From an uncultured Chitinophagaceae bacterium (lineage in GTDB: Bacteria; Bacteroidota; Ignavibacteria; Kapaibacteriales; UBA961), in assembly GCA_964527785.1 (NCBI GenBank), contig CAZGNO010000003.1, positions 7,974-71,973 on the forward strand: a stretch of 64,000 bases of DNA. Reading direction: 5' to 3'. How positions within the stretch are numbered: the first letter of the stretch is position 1; each line of letters begins with the position of its first letter. Under the pieces are notes generated by a model. It did not search any database, was not told where the DNA came from, and was given only the letters and a program-made list of their open reading frames with translations. A program made the translations under genes and the position numbers. Positions 27,953-38,633 of this stretch are shown here, piece by piece.

Positions 27953-28660
27953 TTATTTTTCATATTTTTCTACAATATCGTACGCTCGTTCACAACCTAG
28001 CGCACCCGCCTTTATCCAATCAGTATAGGCATCATCAGTCTCACCTATCGTCTCTTTTGAAAACCCTCTGTAATAATATATTTCACAGTTCATTGGTGAG
28101 AGCTCAATTGCTTTATTATAGTCATCAATTGAACCATAATAATCTTTCTGCCTAAATCTTGCGAATCCCCTATTCAGATATGCCCAGCTCGCTTTTGAAT
28201 TAATCTCAATTGCTTTATTATAATCTAGAATTGCCCCTTCATAATCTTCTAAACTTCCTTTTGAGTTACCTCTACTTATATATGCCCACACATATTTTCG
28301 ATCTCTAGTGATAGCATCAGTGTAATCAGCGATAGCGGCGTGATGTTTCTCTACTGCTTCATTTGCCAAACCTCTATTATAATACATATATGCTGTCTTT
28401 GGTGATAGTTTTATCGCTGTGTTGAAGTCCTTAATCGCCTTGGAGTAGTTTTCCAGTACAAATTTGGAGTACCCTCTGTTGTTATATGCTTCTGAAAATT
28501 TTGCATCATATTCAATTGCTTTCGAATAGTCCTCTATCGAACCCCTATAATCACCTTTCATAGCTTTTCCGTATCCACTGTTATAATATTGAATGGAGGG
28601 CTGGCATCCATTGAAGCTAATAGAAATAATAAAAATTAGAAATAAAAACACCTTTTTCAT
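27953..28660 (-). CDS. Tetratricopeptide repeat lipoprotein
   Basis: MKKVFLFL...FNGC lipobox; repeated AYxNRG...AIxDYxKAI TPR units. Confidence 0.88.
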   Translation of the reverse strand: MKKVFLFLIFIISISFNGCQPSIQYYNSGYGKAMKGDYRGSIEDYSKAIEYDAKFSEAYNNRGYSKFVLENYSKAIKDFNTAIKLSPKTAYMYYNRGLANEAVEKHHAAIADYTDAITRDRKYVWAYISRGNSKGSLEDYEGAILDYNKAIEINSKASWAYLNRGFARFRQKDYYGSIDDYNKAIELSPMNCEIYYYRGFSKETIGETDDAYTDWIKAGALGCERAYDIVEKYEK

Positions 28661-28872
28661 TTTTTCACTCGGTGAATATTTGATGAATTTTAGAATAAAT
28701 AATACATTCTGAGATGAATGAACCCCACAGTAGAATCTCATAATCCGCAAAATACAATAACGAACTGAGATCACCAAGACCTCAAATCCGATAATAAAAC
28801 GATTAATCCTGCTTATTCAGATTAAGTATTAATAAAGACTTAATGTTACATACAAAAAAATTGCAAATTTCC

Positions 28873-28888
28873 TATGACATAGGTCATA
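28873..28888. promoter_or_regulatory. Perfect 6-4-6 palindrome TATGAC-ATAG-GTCATA (CRP/FNR-type geometry)
   Basis: Lies upstream of a TAATTTTG box (28910) and the 926-aa gene, in a divergent intergenic region. Confidence 0.55.
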
Positions 28889-28965
28889 TGACACGAACTT
28901 TATTACCGCTAATTTTGAATTGTTCAGGGAAAAGTCTTTCAATTTATTATATATGAGGTTTGTAT

Positions 28966-31740
28966 ATGAACAGGCAAAAGGTATATTTCCGCATGGCATT
29001 TTTTGCTTTGTGGATGATTGTAATAAGCACGACCGTCGCTCTAAGTTCTGAGAATGGAATTACGGGCAGAACGACAAATGGGTGTAGCGGCAATGGATGT
29101 CATGGTAATCAAAATTCGGCGACGAGTGTAAGTGTGCAAGGCGTAAGTGGAACTTCAATATCAATGTCCCCGAATGAAACACGAACATTTACAGTTTTGG
29201 TGGCGCACGCTACCCTGCCAAAAGCAGGGGTGGATATTTCAATTAAGAATTCGGGTGGGGGAAATGTCGGTACTCTTGCTCCGGTAGCTTCGTTGAAAAC
29301 GCAAGGCGGAGAATTAACACATACAACAGCTCATCCGAATATTACGGGTGCAGGTGCTCCATTCACATTTACATGGACTGCTCCTGCAACTCCGGGCGAT
29401 TATTTACTGCGTGCAGCAGGAAATGCGATTAATAATAATGGTAATGAATCGGGTGACTCATGGAATTTTATGAACACCATTACTATTTCTGTTTCTGCCC
29501 CTTCAATTACACTGAACACTCCAAATGGAGGCGAAACTTTGTGCAGAGGGTCACAAACAAACATTACGTGGACGTCTACAGTAAGTGGAAATGTGAAGAT
29601 TGAAGTTACAAGCGACGGCACGAATTATACACAAATAGCAAGTGTTCCTGCAACACCAGCAAGCTATACATGGAGTATTCCGGCAGCACAAGCAACCGGT
29701 AACACCTATAAAATAAGAGTTTCGGATGCTTCCAATGCTGCGGTAAATGATGTATCTAATGCTAATTTCTCGATTCTTTCAACCCCTTCTATTGTTACTC
29801 AACCAAAGTCTGATAGTATTTGCGTAGGCAGTGCAATTGCCCTTAGCGTTACGACGGATAACCCGACCGGTTATACCTATCAATGGCGTAAAAATGGAGC
29901 AGTGATTTCGGGTGCTACAGAAACTACGTATTCGATTCCAACGGCAACTGCAGCCGATGCTGCAAATTATGATGTGGTTATTACAAGTTGTTCTCCACTG
30001 ACGAGTAGTGCCGCGACGATAGTAATAGGCGCAGCACCGTCAATAACTTCACAGCCGAATGATGTGACAGTTTGTCCCGGAAGTGAAGCTACGTTTACTG
30101 CTACAGCAACAGGTACAAACCTTACCTATCAATGGAGACACAACAACACAAATATTAACGGAGCAACAAGCGCAACCTTAGTGATACCGACTACAACGAC
30201 AGCCGACACAGGTAGCTATGTTTTGGTAGTAAGCGGCAAATGTAATCCGCCGCAAACTTCAAACGTAGCAATGCTTCACTTTACCTCTCCGCCGACGATT
30301 AGCAATCAGCCAAGCGATACAATGGTATGTTTGGGTGCTTCAGTACAGTTCTCGGTTACCGGAACTGGTAACGGACTGACTTACCAATGGCAGAAAGACG
30401 GGGTGAACATTGAAGGTGCACTGGCAAGCAATTTAATTATCCCTGCTGTTAGTGCATCGAGTCTGGGAAGTTATACTGTGATCATTAAAAACTCATGTAA
30501 TCTTTCTACAACAAGTGCAGCAGTAGTACTACGAGTACGCGAGTCGGCTGTTATTACTACGCAACCCGGCGACGTAACAGCCCAAACCAATCTGACAGTA
30601 ACTTTCAGTGTTGGCGCAACCGGAACAGATTTGAAGTATCAATGGATGAAAAACGGTGTAAACCGTCAGGGGGATACACTCGCCACGCTATCAATCGCAA
30701 ATGTAAAACTGTCCGATTCGGGTAATTACAAATGTGTTGTCAAGAATGTTTGTGGAAGTGTTGAAAGTGCAGTTGCTAAATTGACAGTTACCGCACCTCC
30801 TGCCGGTGCTGCTCTGGCTCTCAGCATCGGGTTAGTTGATTTTGGATGCAACAAAGTACTGACAAGCAAAGATTCTACGCTGACGAATGTGGTGTTTAAC
30901 GGAGGTGGTCAGCCGCTTAATGTTACAGCAGTATCGGTGACAGGCAGCGATGCTGCTGATTTCTCAATTGTAAATGGTGGCGGTGCTTTCACACTTGCTC
31001 CTGACGAGAAGAGAACAATCTTAGTTCGCTTTACTCCTTCGACTAAAGCTACTAAGACAGCAACACTTGAATTTACAAGCAACAGCACAACAGTTGCTCC
31101 AAAACTTACATTATCAGGAAAGGGTTGCGCAGGAATAATTCCAACATCAATGCAAAACATGGGCATAGCAAAGGTTGGTGAAAAACATGATTCAACGGTA
31201 AAAATATGCAATACAGGTGATTTCAATTTGGTATTGTCGGCAGTCTCAATTGGAGGTACAAACATATCTGACTTTACTCTTGGAACACTTCCAACGTTGC
31301 CAACTACACTAAAACCCGGTGATTGTCTAACCGTAGGAGTAAGTTTTATTGCAACAGCTGAAGGAAAACGCACAGCCGAACTTTCAGTTAAAACTGACGG
31401 TGGTGATTTTGCAATTGCATTGGAAGCAACCGGAACTCCATCAACCGGGGTTGATGAACTGACATCTTTTACAAATGGTGTTGTTGTCTACCCTAATCCG
31501 TCAAACGGCAACGTGATGTTTACCGGCGAAGTTACAATGCCGATGCCTATAAAAGTACGGTTGTTCGACGGCTTGGGTAATGTAATTTACCAAACAACTG
31601 TAAGTGCAACCTCAGCCGGAACTTTTAGTTTCGCATGGAATGGCACGAGCAACAGCTATCGGGTTGCAAGCGGAATGTACTCAGCACTACTTACAATCGG
31701 AGCGGAAACAGTACGTGTACCGTTTATGGTTGTACGATAA
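28966..31740 (+). CDS. T9SS-secreted multidomain protein: N-terminal CX4CH/Reeler-like domain, Ig (I-set-like) repeats, choice-of-anchor-D domains
   Basis: Signal peptide; GCSGNGCHG; FTFTWTAP; four YQW(R/Q/M)xNG/DG-type Ig repeats; C-terminal VYPNP...LFDGLG...ASGMY. Confidence 0.85.
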   Translation: MNRQKVYFRMAFFALWMIVISTTVALSSENGITGRTTNGCSGNGCHGNQNSATSVSVQGVSGTSISMSPNETRTFTVLVAHATLPKAGVDISIKNSGGGNVGTLAPVASLKTQGGELTHTTAHPNITGAGAPFTFTWTAPATPGDYLLRAAGNAINNNGNESGDSWNFMNTITISVSAPSITLNTPNGGETLCRGSQTNITWTSTVSGNVKIEVTSDGTNYTQIASVPATPASYTWSIPAAQATGNTYKIRVSDASNAAVNDVSNANFSILSTPSIVTQPKSDSICVGSAIALSVTTDNPTGYTYQWRKNGAVISGATETTYSIPTATAADAANYDVVITSCSPLTSSAATIVIGAAPSITSQPNDVTVCPGSEATFTATATGTNLTYQWRHNNTNINGATSATLVIPTTTTADTGSYVLVVSGKCNPPQTSNVAMLHFTSPPTISNQPSDTMVCLGASVQFSVTGTGNGLTYQWQKDGVNIEGALASNLIIPAVSASSLGSYTVIIKNSCNLSTTSAAVVLRVRESAVITTQPGDVTAQTNLTVTFSVGATGTDLKYQWMKNGVNRQGDTLATLSIANVKLSDSGNYKCVVKNVCGSVESAVAKLTVTAPPAGAALALSIGLVDFGCNKVLTSKDSTLTNVVFNGGGQPLNVTAVSVTGSDAADFSIVNGGGAFTLAPDEKRTILVRFTPSTKATKTATLEFTSNSTTVAPKLTLSGKGCAGIIPTSMQNMGIAKVGEKHDSTVKICNTGDFNLVLSAVSIGGTNISDFTLGTLPTLPTTLKPGDCLTVGVSFIATAEGKRTAELSVKTDGGDFAIALEATGTPSTGVDELTSFTNGVVVYPNPSNGNVMFTGEVTMPMPIKVRLFDGLGNVIYQTTVSATSAGTFSFAWNGTSNSYRVASGMYSALLTIGAETVRVPFMVVR

Positions 31741-31760
31741 GATAGAATTGGTTAAAGTAC

Positions 31761-31795
31761 AAAGCTCTTCCGATATTAGAATCGGAGGAGCTTTT
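31761..31795. terminator. Bidirectional terminator
   Basis: AAAGCTCTTCCGAT-ATTAGA-ATCGGAGGAGCTTTT. Confidence 0.75.
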
Positions 31796-31868
31796 ATTTG
31801 TTCAACAACGGATAGGGGATAGGGCGTTACAGCATTCCTTTTTCAGTCTTATCTACTGCAAATCATAT

Positions 31869-32525
31869 TCACACCCTCTCGACTAAAGTGTAATAGTCAT
31901 GAATACTATCGGTATGAATATTCAGAACCCCTGCCCGAACAAGTCGCACAAGCAGCCGCGCTGCACGACGTTCGGAGATATTCACCAATGCGGCAAAATC
32001 TTTTACCGTAGCACGTTTATTCTTTTCGATGAATGCAAAGAGACCGCGCTCCTTATCACCAATACTTAATGTGAGCGGCTTTGCGTCAGGATTTCTGCTT
32101 TGGAGGATTCGCACCATTTCACGGCTGGCAGTGACCGACTCTTCGCCTTGGCGGATATACACTTTCTGCTCGTGCAGCTTCTCTTCTGGCGAACTTAGTG
32201 TTCTGTGTGGTTTGTAATCACTTTCCGGAATATGAACAACCACAACGTCTTTGTATTCAATTTCGACAATTTCAATAAAAGGTTCGATTAACGGCTCTAT
32301 GAAGAATGTGCACGCGTGCTCGATTTGCGCTATTTCTTCTTTTTCGCTTTTTACGCCGATAATACGTTTATCATCATCTACACCAATAAGTAAAAAACCA
32401 CCTTTAGTGTTGGCGAATGCAGCAATTTCTTTGGCAATTTTCTCGGGTGAGGTAAATTTTCGCTTAAATTCGACCGTCGTGGATTCACCGCCATAAATCA
32501 ATTCTCTTAATTCGTTTCGGTGCAT
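31869..32525 (-). CDS. Schlafen/AlbA_2 domain protein with C-terminal HTH
   Basis: GESTTVEFK, AAFANTKGGFLLIGVDD, YIRQG; C-terminal winged helix. Confidence 0.88.
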   Translation of the reverse strand: MHRNELRELIYGGESTTVEFKRKFTSPEKIAKEIAAFANTKGGFLLIGVDDDKRIIGVKSEKEEIAQIEHACTFFIEPLIEPFIEIVEIEYKDVVVVHIPESDYKPHRTLSSPEEKLHEQKVYIRQGEESVTASREMVRILQSRNPDAKPLTLSIGDKERGLFAFIEKNKRATVKDFAALVNISERRAARLLVRLVRAGVLNIHTDSIHDYYTLVERV

Positions 32526-32613
32526 CGGGATATGCTTTCGGGATGTTGAGAAAAGATTATTTTCAACATTTGGAACGCAGTGAGGTGTTCTTTATTGTTG
32601 AAATCAGTAAACG

Positions 32614-33186
32614 TTATTGTTGAATCCGAAAGCTATTCGACTCAGGTTTTTCGAGCCATTCTGATAATGTTTGTGCAGAGCGGTCTTTTTCAGAGAGAAT
32701 GGGGTCGGAGATTCCCCACTCAATTCCAAGAGCAGGGTCATTCCACCGTATCCCGGATTCAGTCGAAGGATTATAAATCGCAGTACACTTATACTGTATT
32801 TCCATATTATCGGTTCTTGCCAGAAAGCCGTTGGCAAATCCGGGAGGAACCCATACTATTCTTTTGTTTTCTCGTGATAATTCTATTGAACACCATTTTC
32901 CAAGAGTCGGCGAATCAGGACGAATATCAACTTCTACAAGTAATGCCTCGCCATTCGTAACACGGAGCAGCTTTCCCATCGGTACATCCCATTGAAAATG
33001 CAAGCCGCGTAACACACCCTTAGCCGAGCATGAATGATTCTCTTGTAAAAATTCTACGGGCAAGTCAAGTTGTGCAAATTCATCTGCTCGAAAGGACTCC
33101 ATAAAGAAACCTCTCTTATCTGTATATACATCCGGCACAACGACCTTTATCCCGTTTAGATATTCCGCTTCAATTCTAAAGCCCAT
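32614..33186 (-). CDS. rfbC: dTDP-4-dehydrorhamnose 3,5-epimerase
   Basis: DKRGFFME, GVLRGLHFQ, VDIRPDSPT, WVPPGFANGF, ILSEKD. Confidence 0.95.
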   Translation of the reverse strand: MGFRIEAEYLNGIKVVVPDVYTDKRGFFMESFRADEFAQLDLPVEFLQENHSCSAKGVLRGLHFQWDVPMGKLLRVTNGEALLVEVDIRPDSPTLGKWCSIELSRENKRIVWVPPGFANGFLARTDNMEIQYKCTAIYNPSTESGIRWNDPALGIEWGISDPILSEKDRSAQTLSEWLEKPESNSFRIQQ

Positions 33187-33238
33187 AGTGTTTTCTGAAA
33201 AATTGATTCGCAGAGCTTGAGGTTAAAATAACTATAAA

Positions 33239-33415
33239 TAAGTTCTGGGACAGATTAATTTTAATTTTATATTTCTGTCATTCTGAACGCTAGTGAAGAA
33301 TCTTAGCAAAGCTGTTTAAGACCTTTATGTGTATTACTTTGCGGAGTTTTTCGGTCTAAGAATCCCTCAGAATGACAGCATTCTGATTTTTCAATTAATT
33401 TTGTCCAAGTACTTA
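33239..33415 (+). mobile_element. MITE-like composite element, copy A: outer terminal inverted repeats around a GTCATTCTGA...CAGAATGAC palindrome
   Basis: TAAGTTCTGGGACAGATTAATT ... AATTAATTTTGTCCAAGTACTTA; inner palindrome 33277-33376; inverted homolog at 40510-40680. Confidence 0.7.
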
Positions 33416-33420
33416 TAAAT

Positions 33421-34296
33421 TTAAAAAATCACCTGAAATCCTGTCCCGAAGTATGCATCATCCTGATTAAAGAACATACCGTGAACGCTGCGTCCTCGAT
33501 AGGCATAAAGGGAAAGGAGATAACCTTTGTTATCTGATGTTTCAAGGAAAATTCCCGCTTGAGCAGCATGAACACCTGTATAAACATCATTTATACATAC
33601 AATTTTGAAGTCGTAACCGAAATTTACAGATAATGATGTAGAAACTTTGTGGTTACCGTCAAATCCGATTTGTGGGATAAGGCGGTTAGCACTTCTGGGC
33701 TGTGTGGACCAAACGTAGGTAAGTCCACCATACAAGCGAAGGGAATGAGAAAATTCTGTAGCTACAATCCCTTCTGCAAACTCTCGGCTATATACGAATG
33801 GTTTCTGACGGATGAACACACTGTCATTTGCGTATCCATCCACTAAATGCGATGAAATGTGTGCAACTCTGAGTCGTGCTGAACCTTCTACTGTTTCACC
33901 TATCTGTTTTTTAACAGCTCCGTTTATACCAAAGTAGAAGTCTGCAGTCTCGACAGGGAATTTGAGTCGTCCTTCACTGCGAAGTCGTGTGAGGGTAAAG
34001 AATTCTGTACCAAGTGTCAACGGTAATGAATCTGTGAGGTGAATGGTTTGCAAATCAATACTGTTTCCAATATCGAGACGGAGTTTGTTATCACCGAATT
34101 GATACATTGTTCCTACACGCGCTTCGAGGGGATTGGATGTGAGTGGTTTAAAGAAAAGATTACTGAGCGCGAAGCAGGAAGTATAGGATGAAAATGCAAT
34201 TACAACAACAAATAAGAAGAGTTGGCAAATATAATAGTTCACAGATACTTTGCTAATGGAGACAACTGAGGATTTGTTCATAAATCCAGAATTCAC
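33421..34296 (-). CDS. Putative outer-membrane beta-barrel protein (DUF1207-like)
   Basis: Signal-like N-terminus, FKPLTSNPLEAR, HISSHLVDG, C-terminal Phe. Confidence 0.65.
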   Translation of the reverse strand: MNSGFMNKSSVVSISKVSVNYYICQLFLFVVVIAFSSYTSCFALSNLFFKPLTSNPLEARVGTMYQFGDNKLRLDIGNSIDLQTIHLTDSLPLTLGTEFFTLTRLRSEGRLKFPVETADFYFGINGAVKKQIGETVEGSARLRVAHISSHLVDGYANDSVFIRQKPFVYSREFAEGIVATEFSHSLRLYGGLTYVWSTQPRSANRLIPQIGFDGNHKVSTSLSVNFGYDFKIVCINDVYTGVHAAQAGIFLETSDNKGYLLSLYAYRGRSVHGMFFNQDDAYFGTGFQVIF

Positions 34297-34298
34297 AT

Positions 34299-34592
34299 TT
34301 AGTAACTGATGTTACGCAATAATAAGTTTAATTTGAAGAATTACAATACGAGTTTTACATTAAATCCCGGAGGGATGCAATATTGGTAGAGAATGGAAGT
34401 AACTTTACAAAATCCCGGAGGGATGACATATCGGTATGAGGATGAATCTTCTTTGTATTTTACCGATATGCTGTTCCTACGGAACCCCTGCATAGTTTGT
34501 GTACTTGTTTCTACCTATATGCCGTTCCTACGGAACTATAACATTTTAATTCTATTTAGTAATTTATTCTTGTACAACATCATATTAGTAAG
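34299..34592. mobile_element. REP-cluster/MITE-like element, copy 1
   Basis: Ends ACTGATGTTACGCAA / TTGTACAACATCA; two AAATCCCGGAGGGATG units then two GTTCCTACGGAAC units; homolog at 58474-58770. Confidence 0.75.
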
Positions 34593-34603
34593 TAATTAAA
34601 TAG

Positions 34604-34650
34604 AGACGGACTCAGCGCGACCTAATTTGTTCGTCGCAATGAGTCCGTCT
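34604..34650. terminator. Stable hairpin downstream of wbaP
   Basis: AGACGGACTCA..GCGAC / GTCGC..TGAGTCCGTCT. Confidence 0.5.
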
Positions 34651-34738
34651 TTGTTTAACTAATTACCATTTTTTAGGTTAATATTTATGAACTAGTAAAA
34701 TACAACAGTACTGAGCATTAAGAGTTCTAGTTCACTTT

Positions 34739-36232
34739 TTATGAACCGCCCTTACCGAACAATACTACACCGATAGTACGCGCAATGATATAAATATCAA
34801 GGAACATAGACCAGTTACGGATATAATAAATATCAGTATGTACCCGCTCTTCAAAACCTGATTCGCGGTTTGTGACTTGCCACAAACCCGATACACCCGG
34901 ATGGACTTTGAGAATCATATCGTCGTGACCGCCCATTTTGGATTTTTCGCGCGGCATATACGGGCGTGGTCCTATTAAGCTCATATCACCTTTTAGCACA
35001 TTCCAAAACTGTGGGAGTTCATCGAAACTAAATTTACGCAAGAGGCGACCGATACGTGTTACACGAGGGTCGTTTCGTAATTTATGGTAAAATTCATATT
35101 CGGCACGAAGTGCTTCGTCTTGTTGGAGGAGATATTCAAGGCGTTGCTCTGCATCATTGTGCATTGTACGGAATTTTAATACTTTAAATCGTTTATCCCC
35201 GCGTCCCATGCGTTCCTGACGGAAGAAAATAGCACCGCGCCATTCCTCAACCATAATAAGGAACGAAATTACAGAAATAAGCGGAAGAGCAAGAACTCCA
35301 AGAAGTACGATAAGAGTAATATCCAAGGCACGTTTAGTAATATACGATGATTTCCTCAGTAGTTTTTGCTGCACTTCCAAACCCAAAATACCACCTAAAT
35401 CACGAACAGATACCCACAGACTGGAAAGTCCGAACATATCGGGAATAACTGTCAAATGTGAAAAATGCTGCTCGGATTGATTGATAATCTGATGAATTCG
35501 CTCACGCTTTACACTCGGCATGGCAATAATTGCATGGTCTATTTGGAGCTTGTCACCAAGAACGGGTGCAAGTTCCAAGCCGCCAACTACCGGAATAGTA
35601 TTGATATAACCCCAACGGTTGGCATCGTCATCAAGTGCAATAATAGGACGGAGACCTATTTGAGAGTGTTTTTGCAGGGCATGGATAATTGCTTCGCCGG
35701 CTTTGCCTGCGCCGATAATCATAACAGGAATTCCCCACCAGCGTTTATCGCCGCATACTTTACGTACAAAAGCACGTCCGAGCGGTACAGCCGAAAGAGA
35801 GAAAAGCCATGCAGTAATAAAGAGCGGCTGCGCATAAATGAGAGGTTCATTTACCAGTAACGTAGCTGCTGCAAGCAAGAGGAAAACAATTGAGGTGCAG
35901 TATGTCAAGCTGCGCAACTCTTCCACTACTCCCGTTCCGAAACCGGGGTATAAGCCCCGTAGCAGGTAGGAGAACGGAAAAAGTGCAATGGCGAACGGAA
36001 TAACCGACAAGTAATGTGCGAAATCAATGGAAGTAGCACCGATATACTTGTGTAGGGCAATAGCAACCGTAATTGAAAAGAAAAGAACTGTTATATCGGT
36101 AAGGGCGAATAATGCCGATGCAATTGCTTTACGGAAAATTATATTGCTTTTGCTATGGGAAGTCGGTGTAGTATCCTTAACGAGCGCGGTTATATCTTTC
36201 AGGTTGAGCGTGTTTGATTGCTTTATACTCAT
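34739..36232 (-). CDS. wbaP: Undecaprenyl-phosphate sugar phosphotransferase (WbaP/WcaJ family)
   Basis: KRALD, FFRQERMG, KFRTM, NDPRVT, DELPQFWNVLKGDMSLIGPRP, PGVSGLWQV; likely ATG at 36232. Confidence 0.88.
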   Translation of the reverse strand: MSIKQSNTLNLKDITALVKDTTPTSHSKSNIIFRKAIASALFALTDITVLFFSITVAIALHKYIGATSIDFAHYLSVIPFAIALFPFSYLLRGLYPGFGTGVVEELRSLTYCTSIVFLLLAAATLLVNEPLIYAQPLFITAWLFSLSAVPLGRAFVRKVCGDKRWWGIPVMIIGAGKAGEAIIHALQKHSQIGLRPIIALDDDANRWGYINTIPVVGGLELAPVLGDKLQIDHAIIAMPSVKRERIHQIINQSEQHFSHLTVIPDMFGLSSLWVSVRDLGGILGLEVQQKLLRKSSYITKRALDITLIVLLGVLALPLISVISFLIMVEEWRGAIFFRQERMGRGDKRFKVLKFRTMHNDAEQRLEYLLQQDEALRAEYEFYHKLRNDPRVTRIGRLLRKFSFDELPQFWNVLKGDMSLIGPRPYMPREKSKMGGHDDMILKVHPGVSGLWQVTNRESGFEERVHTDIYYIRNWSMFLDIYIIARTIGVVLFGKGGS

Positions 36233-36345
36233 TGCTTGAAATATCCCTTTTGTGTGTTTAATTACCAGCATCAAAAAAAACTCGTGAATTATACTTCTCT
36301 TAGCGTCAATAAGTTCCAAATTTACGCAAAAAATTTAACTTTTAC

Positions 36346-37119
36346 TTAACGTACCACACCTTTTTTTGACGAACGGATAAATTCTATCAGTTGTTGTACT
36401 TCTTTGACCGGTTTATTTACCCTCAAAAATTCTTCTATCCCCTCTGTAGTATTGAATTTCCCGAGAAACACGGTGTCAAAGAATTTTTCGATTTCGGTGA
36501 TGGTTTCATTGGAGAAACCGCGTCGTCTAAGCCCTATTTTATTAATACTCTCGATTCGTGCAGGGTCACGTCCTACAAGTGCGTAGTCCGGTATATCCTT
36601 TGTTACCTTTACTCCTGCGCCAATCATTGAATGTTTCCCGATACGGCAGAACTGCACTACCTTGACCATTCCGCCTAAAATTGCCCAGTCATCTATCGTT
36701 ACATGACCGGCAAGTTGCGAAACATTTGATATGATTACATTATTCCCTACTACACAATCATGGGCTATATGTGCGTATGCCATTATCAAGCAATCATTTC
36801 CTACGCGCGCTTCGCCGGAGTATGTTGTGCCTCGATTGACTGTAGCGGATTCTCTAATTACCGTTCGCTCACCGATAATTGCAAGGGTCGGTTCACCTTT
36901 GTATTTCAAATCTTGCGGTTCAGCTCCGATGACTGCATTCGGATAGATTGCTGTATCTGCTCCTATTCTGCTGCCGTTACAAAGCACTGCATGGGTACGA
37001 ATGTCTGCTCCGTTACTAATTATTACGTCGTCCTCTACAACGGCAAATGCACCGATTTTAACGGAATTTCCAATAGTCGCTTTGGCAGAAACTACTGCCG
37101 TTGGATGAATCATACTCAT
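36346..37119 (-). CDS. lpxA: UDP-N-acetylglucosamine O-acyltransferase
   Basis: IHPTAVV, PQDLKY, IRESATVNRGT, AHIAHDC, LAGHV; hexapeptide repeats. Confidence 0.96.
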   Translation of the reverse strand: MSMIHPTAVVSAKATIGNSVKIGAFAVVEDDVIISNGADIRTHAVLCNGSRIGADTAIYPNAVIGAEPQDLKYKGEPTLAIIGERTVIRESATVNRGTTYSGEARVGNDCLIMAYAHIAHDCVVGNNVIISNVSQLAGHVTIDDWAILGGMVKVVQFCRIGKHSMIGAGVKVTKDIPDYALVGRDPARIESINKIGLRRRGFSNETITEIEKFFDTVFLGKFNTTEGIEEFLRVNKPVKEVQQLIEFIRSSKKGVVR

Positions 37120-37151
37120 TTTAGGTCTATATGGGGATTATCGTACAATGT

Positions 37152-38549
37152 TCATTTATCAACAATTGCTGCCAATAGTTCTGCTTCGGCTACCAAATTG
37201 CCGTCCACGTATGCCTTGGCATCAAGTGTGAAGGTATTAAAGCGTTTTTTAACAAGGGTTATGTCCATCATTAGCTGATCACCCGGGATAACCGGTTTTC
37301 TGAAACGTACTTTGTCCATCCCTACAAAAAAAACAAGTTTGTTTTCGTCGAAAGTACCGTTATTGAGCAGCAGCATCCCGCCTGTTTGCCCCATTGCTTC
37401 CAAAATCAATACACCCGGCATCACGGGACGACCCGGGAAATGCCCGTTAAAAAAATCTTCGTTAATCGTTACGTTCTTATAGCCGCGTATTCTGGAGGTT
37501 TCAGCATCATATTCTACTATTCTGTCCACAAGCAGGAAAGGGTAGCGGTGCGGCATTATCTTCAAAATCGCATTAATATCATAGACTGCGTTTTCACCGC
37601 GTTTGATTTGATATTTTTTCTGAATTTTCTTGTTTTCATAGAGCTTACGGATTTTTCTGGCAAATTCTATGTTGGAAGCGTGTCCGGGACGTGCAGCAAG
37701 GATTTGCGCTTTCATCGGAACGCCTACGAGGGCTAGGTCACCCAACATATCCAAGAGCTTGTGTCTGGCAGGTTCGTTCTTGAAGCGTAGGTGATTGTTA
37801 TTCAATATTCCCGAATCACCCAAGATGGCTTCGTGGGCATAGCCGATGCTTAGCAGCATTTTCGACAGCTCGTTTTGACTCATTACCTTATCTACAATGA
37901 CAACAGCATTATCGAGAGAGCCACCCTTGATAAGCCCCTGCTTATGAAGCATTTCCACTTCAGTTAAAAAACAGAATGTTCTCGATGGAGCAAATTCTGT
38001 CAGGAATTCTTTTTCAAGGTCGAATAGTCCTGAATGCTGTGAACCGAGAGCAGGATTATGGTAATCCACCATAACGGTTATCCTAAAATCGTCATTCGGA
38101 AGAGCGACTATCTCAACACCTTTCGATTCATTTACATAGCGAACGGCTGAGTCAATGACCAGATAGTCTTTGGGTGCTTTTTGCTCTTCAAACCCGACCG
38201 ACAACATTGGTGTTGTAAAGGGGAGAGCCGAGCCGTCACCTACAGGCGGTTCATTATTATCAATTTCAATACGGCAATTATCAATTTCCAAGCCAACTAG
38301 CGCTGCAAGCACATGCTCAACAGTATGTACAGATGCATTGTCGTGGGTAAGGGTTGTTCCTCGGGCAATATCCGTTACATAATCAACAATTGCCGGAATT
38401 TCCGGTGCGTGCTGGAGATCTGTACGGACAAATTTGAAGCCGTAGTTTTCTGGGGCTGGGCAAAAAGTGATAGTACCTACATTTCCGGTGTGAAGACCCA
38501 CACCCGAAACTGATACTTTTTCACGAAGTGTACGTTGATTTACGAGCAT
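37152..38549 (-). CDS. lpxC/fabZ: Bifunctional LpxC deacetylase / FabZ dehydratase
   Basis: GVGLHTG, TVEHVLAA, SRTF, RHKLLDMLGDL; then MPHRYPFLLVD, GHFPGRPVMPGVLILE. Confidence 0.96.
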   Translation of the reverse strand: MLVNQRTLREKVSVSGVGLHTGNVGTITFCPAPENYGFKFVRTDLQHAPEIPAIVDYVTDIARGTTLTHDNASVHTVEHVLAALVGLEIDNCRIEIDNNEPPVGDGSALPFTTPMLSVGFEEQKAPKDYLVIDSAVRYVNESKGVEIVALPNDDFRITVMVDYHNPALGSQHSGLFDLEKEFLTEFAPSRTFCFLTEVEMLHKQGLIKGGSLDNAVVIVDKVMSQNELSKMLLSIGYAHEAILGDSGILNNNHLRFKNEPARHKLLDMLGDLALVGVPMKAQILAARPGHASNIEFARKIRKLYENKKIQKKYQIKRGENAVYDINAILKIMPHRYPFLLVDRIVEYDAETSRIRGYKNVTINEDFFNGHFPGRPVMPGVLILEAMGQTGGMLLLNNGTFDENKLVFFVGMDKVRFRKPVIPGDQLMMDITLVKKRFNTFTLDAKAYVDGNLVAEAELLAAIVDK

Positions 38550-38633
38550 ATCAGTAAAATTATGTTTGAATTAGCAAAGCAAACGCAAATAAACCAAAAG
38601 CAAAATAGGGAAAAATTCTCAAAATAAGATTGA

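Noticed and set aside
31869-32525. Schlafen/AlbA_2 protein as a defence system
   Set aside because: It is a short AlbA_2+HTH form in housekeeping context with host-like composition; no supporting partners.
34393-34599. 68-aa ORF
   Set aside because: It lies within the REP-cluster element; the second copy does not conserve the spacer sequence.
37152-38549. LpxC-FabZ fusion as a novelty
   Set aside because: The fusion is common in Bacteroidota/Chlorobiota.
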